Below, in pieces: positions 8,533 to 17,653 of a DNA stretch of 64,000 nucleotides (its first letter is position 1; every line of letters begins with the position of its first letter). The position numbers and the translations under genes were made by a program. Source of the stretch: Thermoanaerobaculia bacterium (GTDB lineage: Bacteria > Acidobacteriota > Thermoanaerobaculia > UBA5066); NCBI GenBank assembly GCA_038245905.1, contig JBBRRY010000003.1:96001-160000 (forward strand), in the 5' to 3' direction. The notes below the pieces were generated by a model, which worked only from the letters and a program-made list of their open reading frames with translations, did not search any database and was not told the DNA's origin.

Positions 8533-11500
8533 ATGCGCTCTTTTCGATGTCTGCTTTTCGTTCTGTTCGCCGTCGTGTCTCGCTGCTGGGGCGGCGAGGC
8601 CCTCGCGCAGACCACGGGTGACCTCGACGGCACCGTCGTGGACCAGTCCGGAGCGCCGTTGCCCGGCGTCTCCGTCGAGCTCCGGTCACCTCAGCTGCAG
8701 GGCTCGAGGACGGCGGTGACCGACGCCGCGGGCCGGTTCCGGTTCCCCGTGCTCGGCCCGGGCGTCTACTCCTTGTCGGCGCAGCTTTCGGGCTTCTCCA
8801 GGGTCGAGCGATCGAACCAGCGGGTCGCGCTGGGGGCGACGACGACGGTTCCGATCACGATGGGCATCTCGCTCAAGGAAGAGATCGTCGTGACGTCCGA
8901 GGCTCCCGTTGTCGACACGTCGAAGACGACGATCGGGACGAGCGCGACCCTCGAGAGCATCCAGCGCCTTCCGCTCGGACGGAACTTCGCCTCGATCGCG
9001 AGCACGGTCGCCGGGACCGGCACGGACGTGTCCGGGAACGTTACCGTGTACGGCGCGACGGGCCTCGAAAACGCCTACATCATCGACGGCGTCAACACGA
9101 CGGGCGTCAAGACGGGCGGGCAGGCCAAGCAGCTCAACAACGAATTCGTGCAGGAGGTCGAGGTCAAGACGGGCGGCTACGAAGCCGAGTTCGGACGCGT
9201 CCTCGGCGGCACGATCAACGTCGTGACGAAATCGGGCGGCAACGAATTCAAGGGCGACGCGTTCGGTTACTACGATTCCGGTTCGCTGGCCTCCAGCGAC
9301 GCGCGCACCGCGGAGCGGGTCGCTTCGAACCAGGGCGAGTACTTCTCGCCCAAGCGCGTCGACTTCGGAGTGGATCTCGGCGGCTACTTCGTGAAGGACC
9401 GCCTCTGGTTCTTCGGCGCGTTCGACCGTGTCACCCAGGACCAGGACTACACGCGCACCCTCGCGGTCCTGCGCGACGCGAACCAAACGCAGGTCTTGAC
9501 GAGCAATATGGACACGTACCGCAACAGTCTCTACTCGGGGAAGCTCACGTTCCGCCTCGGGGAGTCGAACACGATCGCGGCGTCCCTCTTCGGCGATCCG
9601 GGCACGTTCAGCGGCCGGTACAACCTGTCGCAGATCTCCGTGATGGTCGGGGCCGACGCCGCGTGGCTCGTCGACCGGAACCTGGGCGGGACAGACCTCT
9701 CGACGCGCTGGGACGGGCTCTTCGGCACGCAGTTCCTCGGGCAGGCCCAGCTCGGTTTCCACACCGAGAAGCAGCAGGACACGAGCCCGTTCTCGAACCT
9801 GCCGTACCTCGAAAAGCAGCAGGCCGGCTTCACGACCGAGGCGCTCCAGGGAACGGGCCCGATCTACCTCGTGGACGAGAAGTACCAGCGCTATCACTAC
9901 CGCCTGGGCGGCTCGCTGTTCACGGGCGCGCACGAGGTCAAGGCGGGCCTCGACTGGGAGCACCTGAGCTCCGATTTCTCGGAGTCCTACGGCGGCACGG
10001 ACCGCATCCGCACGCGGCTGACGGCGGGCGGGGCCCTCCGCAACTATCAGCACCGCTACTACGCCCAGACGCCGCTTTCGGGCGCGAACTGCCTGGGCAA
10101 GATCGACCCGACGATGCCGGCGGCGTTCCCGAACTGCACGGGCTACACGATCGCTCCAACCGTCGACAACAGGCCGATTACGGACAACGTCGGCCTGTTC
10201 GCGCAGGACACGTTCAAGGCCGCGAAGAACCTCACGATCAACGCTGGGATCCGCTACGAGCAGCAGCGCCTTCAGGACTACACGGGGAAGACCCTCGTGT
10301 CGATCGACGGCGAATGGTCGCCGCGCCTCGGAATCGTCTGGGACTTCCTCGGGAACGGGAAGTCGAAGGCGTACGCGAACGTCGGCCGCTTCTACGAAGT
10401 GATCCCGCAGGACATCCAGACCCGTGCGCTCGGAAACGAGTACATCATCTTCGCCCGCAACAACAGCGCGACGCCCGATCCCGTCGATCTCTTCTTCGGC
10501 GCCCCCATCGTCCAGGGCGGCGAGCTCACCCAGAGCGACCTCAAGGGCATGTACCAGGATGAAGCGATCCTGGGCTTCGAGGTCGAGGTCGCGAAGAACT
10601 GGGCGATCGGCGTCAAGGGCATCTACCGGTCTCTCGGCCGCGTCGTCGAGGACCGCTGCGACCTCGCGATCAACCCGGACATCGCGTCCTACTTCAACCC
10701 CTCGAGCCCGGCAACCTGCGCGCTCATCAACCCGGGCCAGGGAAACTCCCTCGGCACGATCAAGGACCCCTTCGACACGACCTGCTACCCGAACGGCGAG
10801 ACGGACGCGGCGGGCAACCTCGTCGCGGGGTCGCCCTGCGATTCGACGCAGCCGCGCCGTTACTTCCGCGGCCTGGAGCTCACCGCGTCCCACCGCTTCT
10901 CCGACCGCTTCTACCTTCTCGCCTCCTACCTCTACTCGAAGCTGGAAGGGAATTACTCGGGCAACCTCTCGCAGACGCGGGAAGGCGGCCAGTCGGATCC
11001 CAACATCAACGCCGACTTCGACTACCCGGGGCTCGTCACGAACGCCTTCGGCCGGCTCCGCAACGACCGGACTCACCAGTTCAAGCTCTCGGGTTACTAC
11101 GCGTTCCCGTTCGGCCTGACGGTGGGCGCGAACGGCTTCTACAACACGGGCCGCCCGTACTCGATCCGGGGCTGCGCCTCCGACTCGATCGCATGCGACG
11201 CAGGCTACAGCCAGGAGGGCTACCTCGTGCCGCGCGGCTCGGCGGGCGACCTTCCCGCCGCGTACGAGGCGGACCTGCACCTCGAGTGGGGCCTCCGCTT
11301 CGGCAACGTCTCGATCACGCCCATCCTCGACGTCTTCAACGCGCTCAACCGGCAGGGCGTCCTGAGCCGGGAAGAGCTCTTCAACAACACGGCAGCGCTG
11401 CCCGGAAACGATCCCAGGAGCGGCATCGGCCAGCCCGGCTGCACGGCGCAGAACGCGAGCCTGAGCAACGCCGCGTGCGCCTCGAATCCCACCTACGGAA

Positions 11501-11559
11501 AGGACATCGGCTTCCAAAACCCGCGGGTCGTGCGTCTCGGCGCCCGCGTGTCTTTCTGA
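8533..11559 (+). CDS. TonB-dependent receptor, Oar-like
   Basis: AGGAGG RBS at 8521, signal peptide ending ALAQ, LPGVSV, EAEFGRVLGGTINVVTKSGGN, C-terminal F. Confidence 0.92.
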   Translation: MRSFRCLLFVLFAVVSRCWGGEALAQTTGDLDGTVVDQSGAPLPGVSVELRSPQLQGSRTAVTDAAGRFRFPVLGPGVYSLSAQLSGFSRVERSNQRVALGATTTVPITMGISLKEEIVVTSEAPVVDTSKTTIGTSATLESIQRLPLGRNFASIASTVAGTGTDVSGNVTVYGATGLENAYIIDGVNTTGVKTGGQAKQLNNEFVQEVEVKTGGYEAEFGRVLGGTINVVTKSGGNEFKGDAFGYYDSGSLASSDARTAERVASNQGEYFSPKRVDFGVDLGGYFVKDRLWFFGAFDRVTQDQDYTRTLAVLRDANQTQVLTSNMDTYRNSLYSGKLTFRLGESNTIAASLFGDPGTFSGRYNLSQISVMVGADAAWLVDRNLGGTDLSTRWDGLFGTQFLGQAQLGFHTEKQQDTSPFSNLPYLEKQQAGFTTEALQGTGPIYLVDEKYQRYHYRLGGSLFTGAHEVKAGLDWEHLSSDFSESYGGTDRIRTRLTAGGALRNYQHRYYAQTPLSGANCLGKIDPTMPAAFPNCTGYTIAPTVDNRPITDNVGLFAQDTFKAAKNLTINAGIRYEQQRLQDYTGKTLVSIDGEWSPRLGIVWDFLGNGKSKAYANVGRFYEVIPQDIQTRALGNEYIIFARNNSATPDPVDLFFGAPIVQGGELTQSDLKGMYQDEAILGFEVEVAKNWAIGVKGIYRSLGRVVEDRCDLAINPDIASYFNPSSPATCALINPGQGNSLGTIKDPFDTTCYPNGETDAAGNLVAGSPCDSTQPRRYFRGLELTASHRFSDRFYLLASYLYSKLEGNYSGNLSQTREGGQSDPNINADFDYPGLVTNAFGRLRNDRTHQFKLSGYYAFPFGLTVGANGFYNTGRPYSIRGCASDSIACDAGYSQEGYLVPRGSAGDLPAAYEADLHLEWGLRFGNVSITPILDVFNALNRQGVLSREELFNNTAALPGNDPRSGIGQPGCTAQNASLSNAACASNPTYGKDIGFQNPRVVRLGARVSF

Positions 11560-11584
11560 GATCGCGCGAGACCTCCTGAATCAC

Positions 11585-11614
11585 GGGGCCGGCCGGGGGT
11601 CGGCCCCTTTTTTT
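11585..11614 (+). terminator. Rho-independent terminator
   Basis: GGGGCCGGCC-GGG-GGTCGGCCCC followed by T7. Confidence 0.88.
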
Positions 11615-11624
11615 CTACGCGTCC

Positions 11625-14600
11625 TCACTTCGGAAGCGGGACGACGGCGAACCCCCCTTCGAGGTCCGCGACGAAGAGGCGCTTCTTCGGCAGCAGGGCG
11701 AGCCCCGAGGGCTTCTGGAACCGCTGCCCTTCCGGAAGGTCCTTCCCGCGCAGCGTCGTCACGAGGCGGCCTTCGGTCGTGTAGCCGCGCACTTCGCCCG
11801 CGAGCGGTACCGACGCCCAGAGGAGCCCGCCCGCATCCAGCGCGAGATAGGGTTCGGAGAACGTGGTGCGACTCCAGCCCGCGACGTCCCAGGCGCGCAC
11901 GAAGGTTCCGTTCCTGTCGAAGACGGCGATTCTTCCGTTTCCGTTGTCGGCCACGTAGACCTTGCCGTCTTTGGAAACGACGAGGCCCTGCGGGTCGGCG
12001 AGCTTCCCCGGAGCGGCCCCCTTGCCCCACTCGGCCTCCTGGTGGCCGGAGGCGTCGAAGCGCACGATCCGGCCGTTGCCCGTGTCCGCAACGAAGATCG
12101 ATCCGCTGGAATCCACCGCGATGCCACGCGGCCCGAAGAAGCCGCCGTCCCACTCGCGCTGCCAGGCGCCCTTCCCGTCGAAGACCTGCACGCGGCCGTT
12201 CCACGTGTCGGCCACGAAGACGAGGCCCGACGGAGCGACCGCGATCCCGCACGGGTCGTTGAACTGCCCGGGCCCGCTGCCGCGCGCTCCGAGCTGGAGA
12301 GCCGGAGATCCGTCCGCCGCGAAGAGCTGGATCCGCTGGTTTCCGAAGTCGGCGACCCAGACGCGGCCGGTGGCGTCCGAGGCCGCGCCCCGAGGCTGTC
12401 GGAGTCGGCCGGGGGCGTCGGCGGGCGGTTGCAGGGCGGCGTCCGCCTTCCGCGGCGAAGTGGGAAGCTCCTCCACGCGCACGGGAGCCGCAGCAACGCC
12501 AGGCGAAAAGACGCCCTTCACGGCGAAGAGGACGATCTCGGGATTGCGGTAGACGGGCGTCAGGAGATCCGTCCACTCTTCGAAGTGCGCGAGATTTCCG
12601 CCGGCGTACGTCTTACGCTCGAGATTCCCGACGGCGACGAGCGCGACGTGTGTGCGGAAAAGGATGCGCTTGACGACGGCTTCGTCGGCCGACGTGTAGG
12701 CCGTTACGATGTCCTCCTTGCGGCGGTCGATCTCCGCCTGCGTGTGGCCGCGCTGCGACACGTGGTAGTCCCACCCGAGCACGCTCGGGAGTCCCGTGAA
12801 GACCGAGAGACGCGTGAACTGCTGGTACGAGGGCCCGTGGGCTTCGAGGAGCACGGGCAGGCCCGTCACGTTCGCGTTGATCCACTCGACAGCGCCGCGA
12901 TCTCCGGGGTTCTGCTTCTCGAGGTAGGCGGTCCCGTCCAGTGTGAAGCGCGGCCAGCCGCCGCGATCAGTGCGCAGGAAACCCGTGAACGCCGTGACGA
13001 GCGTATAGAGCGCGGCGAGTCCCGTGACCGCGATGGCGACGCGCCACGCGATGCTTCGTGACCGGCGCAACGTCTCCCACGCGAGCGCTCCCGCCACGGA
13101 GAAGAGGAGCCACGTCTCGAGGTGAAACTTGAAGATCGTGTTCATGCGGTCCCAGACGTAGACGATCTCCGCGCCTGTCAGGATGGCGAAACCCAGGGCC
13201 ACGAGAGCGAGCGCGGGCCGCAGGCGCGCCTCCGTCGCTCCGCGGAGCGCCGCCCCGAGCGCGACGAGAAAGGCGATCGCCGTGAAGGTGCGGATCGAAG
13301 GAGCCTGCGCGAGCCGAAGCGGATGGAACGAGAGAGAGAGGAGAGAGACGGCAAGCCCGAGCGCCGCGAGAAAGAGAAACACGCGCGCAACGCGTCCGCG
13401 GGGCACGAGGCCGGTCTTCCACGCCGCGAACGCGAACGGGAGGAGAAGCGCGACGAAGAACGCCCACACATTGAAAAAGTCCCATGGCGCGGCCCACGGC
13501 CCGACCTCGCGCCCCCAGTTTCGCGGCGGAGGAGAGAAATGCGCCCAGAACGGCCTCTCCAGAAGAAACGCGATGAGGGCGACTCCCGCGGCCGGGAGGA
13601 GGACGTCTTTCGCGAGGCTCGCGGCGAGAGGGACCCCGCGCGCCCGGCCGCCGAGCCACACGACGCCGGGCAGAAAGAGGAGAAGACAGGCGTAGACGGG
13701 CGTCGACCAACCGCTCGTGATCGGAATCGCGGCGAGGAAAAGGCCGCCGAGTGCGATGAGGCTTGCCGCCTGGCGCGTCGAGGAGGGGCCCTCCTGATTC
13801 CTTGTCACGAAGAGGAGGAGAACCGCTATGAAGGCTGTCGTGAAGGGAAGGACGAAAACGTGCGCGTGGAGATCCGCGAAGAGAAACGTCCAGAACGGGT
13901 ATTCGCTGATGCCGTTCGGGGGGATGACCCGCGACGTTGCCCAGAAGTAGTGCCAGTCGAGGGGACGGCCGGCCTGGTGAAAGTGGAAATCGAAGGCAGT
14001 TCGGGGGCCGGATGGCGGCGCGAGGAAGGCGAGGACGAGCGCGACCCCGCCCGCCCGGAGACGGCCACCGATGGCCGAGCCAGCGGCGAGCATGGCCGAC
14101 GCGAAGAGCGCGGCCGTCATGGCGAGCGCGAGATTGAAGATGAGCCCCGGATGAATCCCGAGGAGCTTGGCCGCGGCGGCCGCGAGGAAGTGGCCGAAGT
14201 ACGTGTAGGAAAGGGTTGTGCCGGCGAGCCACGGCTCGGGCGGCGGCAAGGCGGTTGCTCGAAGGAGCGTGTTGAGGAAATCGAAGTCCATGGGCTTTTC
14301 ACCCGAGTGAATCTCGGGGTTGAGGGCGCGGACGGCCAGGAAGAAGAGGAACGTTCCCCAGAACACGAGCGCCGTCTTCCATCGCTCGGGTGCGGGCGTC
14401 GCCACGCCCGCGCGGCGCGCGCACAGGAAGCCGGCCGCGAGAAGCGCGGTCGTCGTGACGACGAGGAGGCTGCGGGTGAATGGCGCCCAGTGCCAGGAGA
14501 CGACGAGCCACGGCAGGAACGCGAAGAGGAGAACGCCGGTCACGCGCCCGAGCGCGTCACGGCCGGGCCGCGCGGGGAGGAGGACGGCGAGGATTCCAGC

Positions 14601-16427
14601 GCCCGCACGCCCCACGGCTTCCAGCCACGCGGCGAAGAGAAGCAGGGCCAGAAAGGACGACCTGAGAGCCGGAGCCCGGGCCGGCTCCGCGGGCTCGGCC
14701 CCCCCGGCCGCCGCGGGGGTCGGGCGCGCGAGAAGGAGGTCGTTCCGCGACAGGGTCTTCGACGGCGTCGCAGAAAGGAGGGCCTTCTCGAGCTCCTCGG
14801 CGTGGAGGCGCTTCGTGTTCTCGAAGAACAGGACCTTCGGGTGGTCGTAGACGGTGAACGACTCGTCGGCGAGCTCGTCGGGCACCTGAATTCCGAGGAG
14901 GGACGGGCGGGACGCGACTTCCCGGACGAGTGTGTATCCAAGATCGCCGGCGAAGAGGAGTCGGAATGCCCGGTTCGTGAATGGAAACTTCTCGGGGGCC
15001 CGCGTGACGGCGCCGTAGAGGCGCTTCGTCTGGAGGACGACCCAGTCCGAGTCGGCGAGGCCCCGTGCGAGCTTCGCCATCTTCTCCGGCGAGTCGGGCT
15101 CGTAAAAACCGAAGTTGACGATCCTGTAACGTTCTGCCGGGCGGCCGGGAAAACTGAACGGGAATCCCTCGTCCCAGTCCTGCTCGAGAACCCGCGCGCC
15201 TTCCGGAACGTGGTCGTGAAACCACAGCGAGGCCGTGACGGAGCTGTGCGGGCGCGTGTAGATGCCGGCGAACGCGAGGACCCACACGGCGGTGCCGCCC
15301 ACGACCACGGCACGGAGGACCCGGCCCGCGCGCCCGCGCTCGGCCCTCTCCGTGAGCCAGGCCGCCGCCCACAAGGCGAGAAGCGGGTAGACGGGCAGGA
15401 GGTACCGCGGGAACTTCACCTCGAACGTGCATGTCAGGAGGATGTAGGGCGCGAAAAACGAGACGAGCACCCACTCGACGTCCGTGAGCTTCCGGACGAA
15501 GGCGAGACGGCGGGCCGAGGCCCACAGCGCGACCACTCCGAGCAGCGGACCGAGACCCCAGAGCACGATCTCCCGGGCCTCGTACAGGAAGTTCGGGACG
15601 CCGACGTACTGGTTCGTGAACGGCAGGAGGCCCGCGTGCCGGACCATCGCACCCTGTTCCGAGAGGGACCGCCAGAACTCGTGGAAGTCCAGGAACGCGT
15701 AGGGTTCGCCGAGGAAGAACGCGACGAGGGCGGCGCCGCCGCCGGCCGCGAGAAGAAGCATCCCGCGGCCCCAGGCGCGCGATGGCCGGCAGGCGAAGAA
15801 GACCGCGACGGCGAGGGGAAGGACGAGAGGGGCCGCGCTCGCTTTCGTCGCGAGCGCGAAGCCCGTGAGCGCACCGGCGAGAAGGGCATCCCGGAGACGG
15901 CCTCGCCGCGCGAGACGACCCGAGGCGGCGAGCGCGAGGAGGACGAGAAGCGTGAGCGTCACGTCCGTGGCGGCGAAGTGCGAAGTCTGGACGTGGAGGA
16001 CCGCGAGGGCGAGGAAGAGCCCGGCGAGGAGGCCCGTCTTCGGACCGTAGAGGCGGCGGCCCACGGCTGCGAGGAGCGCGACGGTCAGCGCGCCCGCGAG
16101 AGCCGACAGAAAGCGGCCCACGTGGATGACGCCGTCGTAGGAGAAGAACCAGTCGCGGCCCGAGAGCGACCCCATGAGCGAGGAGAGGCCCCGGGTGAGG
16201 TAGAAAGGAAGGGAGCCGTAGGCGAAGAAGTGAGGGTTGAGCTGGAGAGGTCGGAACGACAGCTTGAGGATCGCGTCGCCGATCGCCCGCTCGTCTGGAT
16301 GGAAGAAATGATTCTGGTCGAAATCGAGGCCGATGACCCGAATGGCGAGAGCGAACAGGGCGAGAAGGAGCAGGAGTCCGCGAAACGCTCGCGACGAGGC
16401 AAGTCCCGCGGGTCGCGGCGGAGTTAT
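11625..16427 (-). CDS. ~1600-aa membrane protein: PMT/ArnT-like GT-C + DUF2298 (YYY-type) GT-C + C-terminal NHL repeats
   Basis: HFFHPDER and NPHFFAYGSLP; GEKPMD...PPPEPWLAG...SYTYFGH, ADLHAH; repeated P.GIAV...VADT.NGR. Start uncertain (ATA 16427 or TTG 16463). Confidence 0.8.
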   Translation of the reverse strand: MTPPRPAGLASSRAFRGLLLLLALFALAIRVIGLDFDQNHFFHPDERAIGDAILKLSFRPLQLNPHFFAYGSLPFYLTRGLSSLMGSLSGRDWFFSYDGVIHVGRFLSALAGALTVALLAAVGRRLYGPKTGLLAGLFLALAVLHVQTSHFAATDVTLTLLVLLALAASGRLARRGRLRDALLAGALTGFALATKASAAPLVLPLAVAVFFACRPSRAWGRGMLLLAAGGGAALVAFFLGEPYAFLDFHEFWRSLSEQGAMVRHAGLLPFTNQYVGVPNFLYEAREIVLWGLGPLLGVVALWASARRLAFVRKLTDVEWVLVSFFAPYILLTCTFEVKFPRYLLPVYPLLALWAAAWLTERAERGRAGRVLRAVVVGGTAVWVLAFAGIYTRPHSSVTASLWFHDHVPEGARVLEQDWDEGFPFSFPGRPAERYRIVNFGFYEPDSPEKMAKLARGLADSDWVVLQTKRLYGAVTRAPEKFPFTNRAFRLLFAGDLGYTLVREVASRPSLLGIQVPDELADESFTVYDHPKVLFFENTKRLHAEELEKALLSATPSKTLSRNDLLLARPTPAAAGGAEPAEPARAPALRSSFLALLLFAAWLEAVGRAGAGILAVLLPARPGRDALGRVTGVLLFAFLPWLVVSWHWAPFTRSLLVVTTTALLAAGFLCARRAGVATPAPERWKTALVFWGTFLFFLAVRALNPEIHSGEKPMDFDFLNTLLRATALPPPEPWLAGTTLSYTYFGHFLAAAAAKLLGIHPGLIFNLALAMTAALFASAMLAAGSAIGGRLRAGGVALVLAFLAPPSGPRTAFDFHFHQAGRPLDWHYFWATSRVIPPNGISEYPFWTFLFADLHAHVFVLPFTTAFIAVLLLFVTRNQEGPSSTRQAASLIALGGLFLAAIPITSGWSTPVYACLLLFLPGVVWLGGRARGVPLAASLAKDVLLPAAGVALIAFLLERPFWAHFSPPPRNWGREVGPWAAPWDFFNVWAFFVALLLPFAFAAWKTGLVPRGRVARVFLFLAALGLAVSLLSLSFHPLRLAQAPSIRTFTAIAFLVALGAALRGATEARLRPALALVALGFAILTGAEIVYVWDRMNTIFKFHLETWLLFSVAGALAWETLRRSRSIAWRVAIAVTGLAALYTLVTAFTGFLRTDRGGWPRFTLDGTAYLEKQNPGDRGAVEWINANVTGLPVLLEAHGPSYQQFTRLSVFTGLPSVLGWDYHVSQRGHTQAEIDRRKEDIVTAYTSADEAVVKRILFRTHVALVAVGNLERKTYAGGNLAHFEEWTDLLTPVYRNPEIVLFAVKGVFSPGVAAAPVRVEELPTSPRKADAALQPPADAPGRLRQPRGAASDATGRVWVADFGNQRIQLFAADGSPALQLGARGSGPGQFNDPCGIAVAPSGLVFVADTWNGRVQVFDGKGAWQREWDGGFFGPRGIAVDSSGSIFVADTGNGRIVRFDASGHQEAEWGKGAAPGKLADPQGLVVSKDGKVYVADNGNGRIAVFDRNGTFVRAWDVAGWSRTTFSEPYLALDAGGLLWASVPLAGEVRGYTTEGRLVTTLRGKDLPEGQRFQKPSGLALLPKKRLFVADLEGGFAVVPLPK

Positions 16428-16450
16428 TTCGCTTAAGATAGCGGGAGCAA

Positions 16451-17650
16451 GTGTACGACACAAATCCAGGGTCGAGCCGGCGCAGGGTCGCCCTAAACCT
16501 CGCCCTTTTTTTCGGCTCGACACTCGTCGCCATCGCGCTCTGCGAGGTCGGCGCGCGCCTCCTCCTGCCGGCACCTCAGACCGTGAACGTCCACGAGAAG
16601 CAGGACACGTACGAGGCGCCGACCGGCTTCGAAAGGCTCGACACGAAGGCGGAGAAGTCGATCGACTCCGTCGTCCTTTTCGGCGGGCCTCATGGTGTGA
16701 GGCTGCGCCCGAACACGCGCGGCGAGATCCAAAAGCACGTCCTGAGCGGACGCGACGTCGTTATCGAGGTCAACTCCCTTGGTCTCCGGTACGCCGAGCT
16801 CGGCCCGAAGTCTGAAGACGAGTTTCGCGTGCTCGTGCTGGGGGACTCGATCACATTCGGCGACTTCGTCCTCGAAGGCGAGACGTGGACCCGGCAGATG
16901 GAAACCCTGACCGCAGGAAGGAAGAAGGCGGTCCGCTTCATCAACGCGGGCCTGCCGGGAGCCGGGACGGCGGAGGAGCTGGCGCTTTTCCGCGAGATCG
17001 GCGAGCGCGTGAAGCCCGACCTCGTTCTCGTCGGGATGTATCTCAACGACGCGCAGACGGGAAGCCTCTTCTTCTCGAAGAAGCTTCCGGGCTCATGGGC
17101 GAAGAGCCGCTTCTTGTCCTGGGTGGCCGACCGCTTCCAGCGCCTCGACATGCGCTTTTTCCGGAGCGCGCCTCCCGGAGAGATCGATCCGAGCTGGCGC
17201 GAGACGTTCCGCGCGGGGCGGCAGCTGAAGACGGCCGACATGCTCGGAACACGCGACGGATTCGACTTCGAGATCTACAACGCCTACATGGATTTCGGTC
17301 TCGGCTGGAATCGGAAAGCCTGGACGATCATCGAGACGATCACGTCCGCGTTGCGTGACGCGGCGAGCGCCGAGAGCGCGCGTCTCGCCGTCGTGCTCTT
17401 CCCCGTGCACATCCAGGTGCTGGGGACGGTCGAGAACTTCGAGCCGCAGGAGAGCTGCGAGAAGATGTGCGCGCGGCTTCACGTCCCGTTCGACAACCCC
17501 GTCCCCACCCTTCGGCGGACTTGGCAGTCGAACCACGAAAAGCTCTTCTACGATCACTGCCACTACACGCCGAAAGGGTACGCGGTTCTGGCGAGGCAGA
17601 CGGTGGAGTTTCTGGACTCCGAAAAACTGATTCCTCCGCCGGTTCGATAG
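16451..17650 (+). CDS. Membrane-anchored SGNH/GDSL hydrolase-family protein
   Basis: N-terminal TM, NSLGLR, LGDSITFG, INAG, LND, DHCH. Confidence 0.85.
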   Translation: MYDTNPGSSRRRVALNLALFFGSTLVAIALCEVGARLLLPAPQTVNVHEKQDTYEAPTGFERLDTKAEKSIDSVVLFGGPHGVRLRPNTRGEIQKHVLSGRDVVIEVNSLGLRYAELGPKSEDEFRVLVLGDSITFGDFVLEGETWTRQMETLTAGRKKAVRFINAGLPGAGTAEELALFREIGERVKPDLVLVGMYLNDAQTGSLFFSKKLPGSWAKSRFLSWVADRFQRLDMRFFRSAPPGEIDPSWRETFRAGRQLKTADMLGTRDGFDFEIYNAYMDFGLGWNRKAWTIIETITSALRDAASAESARLAVVLFPVHIQVLGTVENFEPQESCEKMCARLHVPFDNPVPTLRRTWQSNHEKLFYDHCHYTPKGYAVLARQTVEFLDSEKLIPPPVR

Positions 17651-17653
17651 AGC

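Noticed and set aside
13122-16436. Long antisense ORFs (also 8686-11517, 35679-37496, 49238-50953 and others)
   Set aside because: Arg/Ala/Pro-rich shadows expected opposite genes in high-GC DNA; no family motifs.
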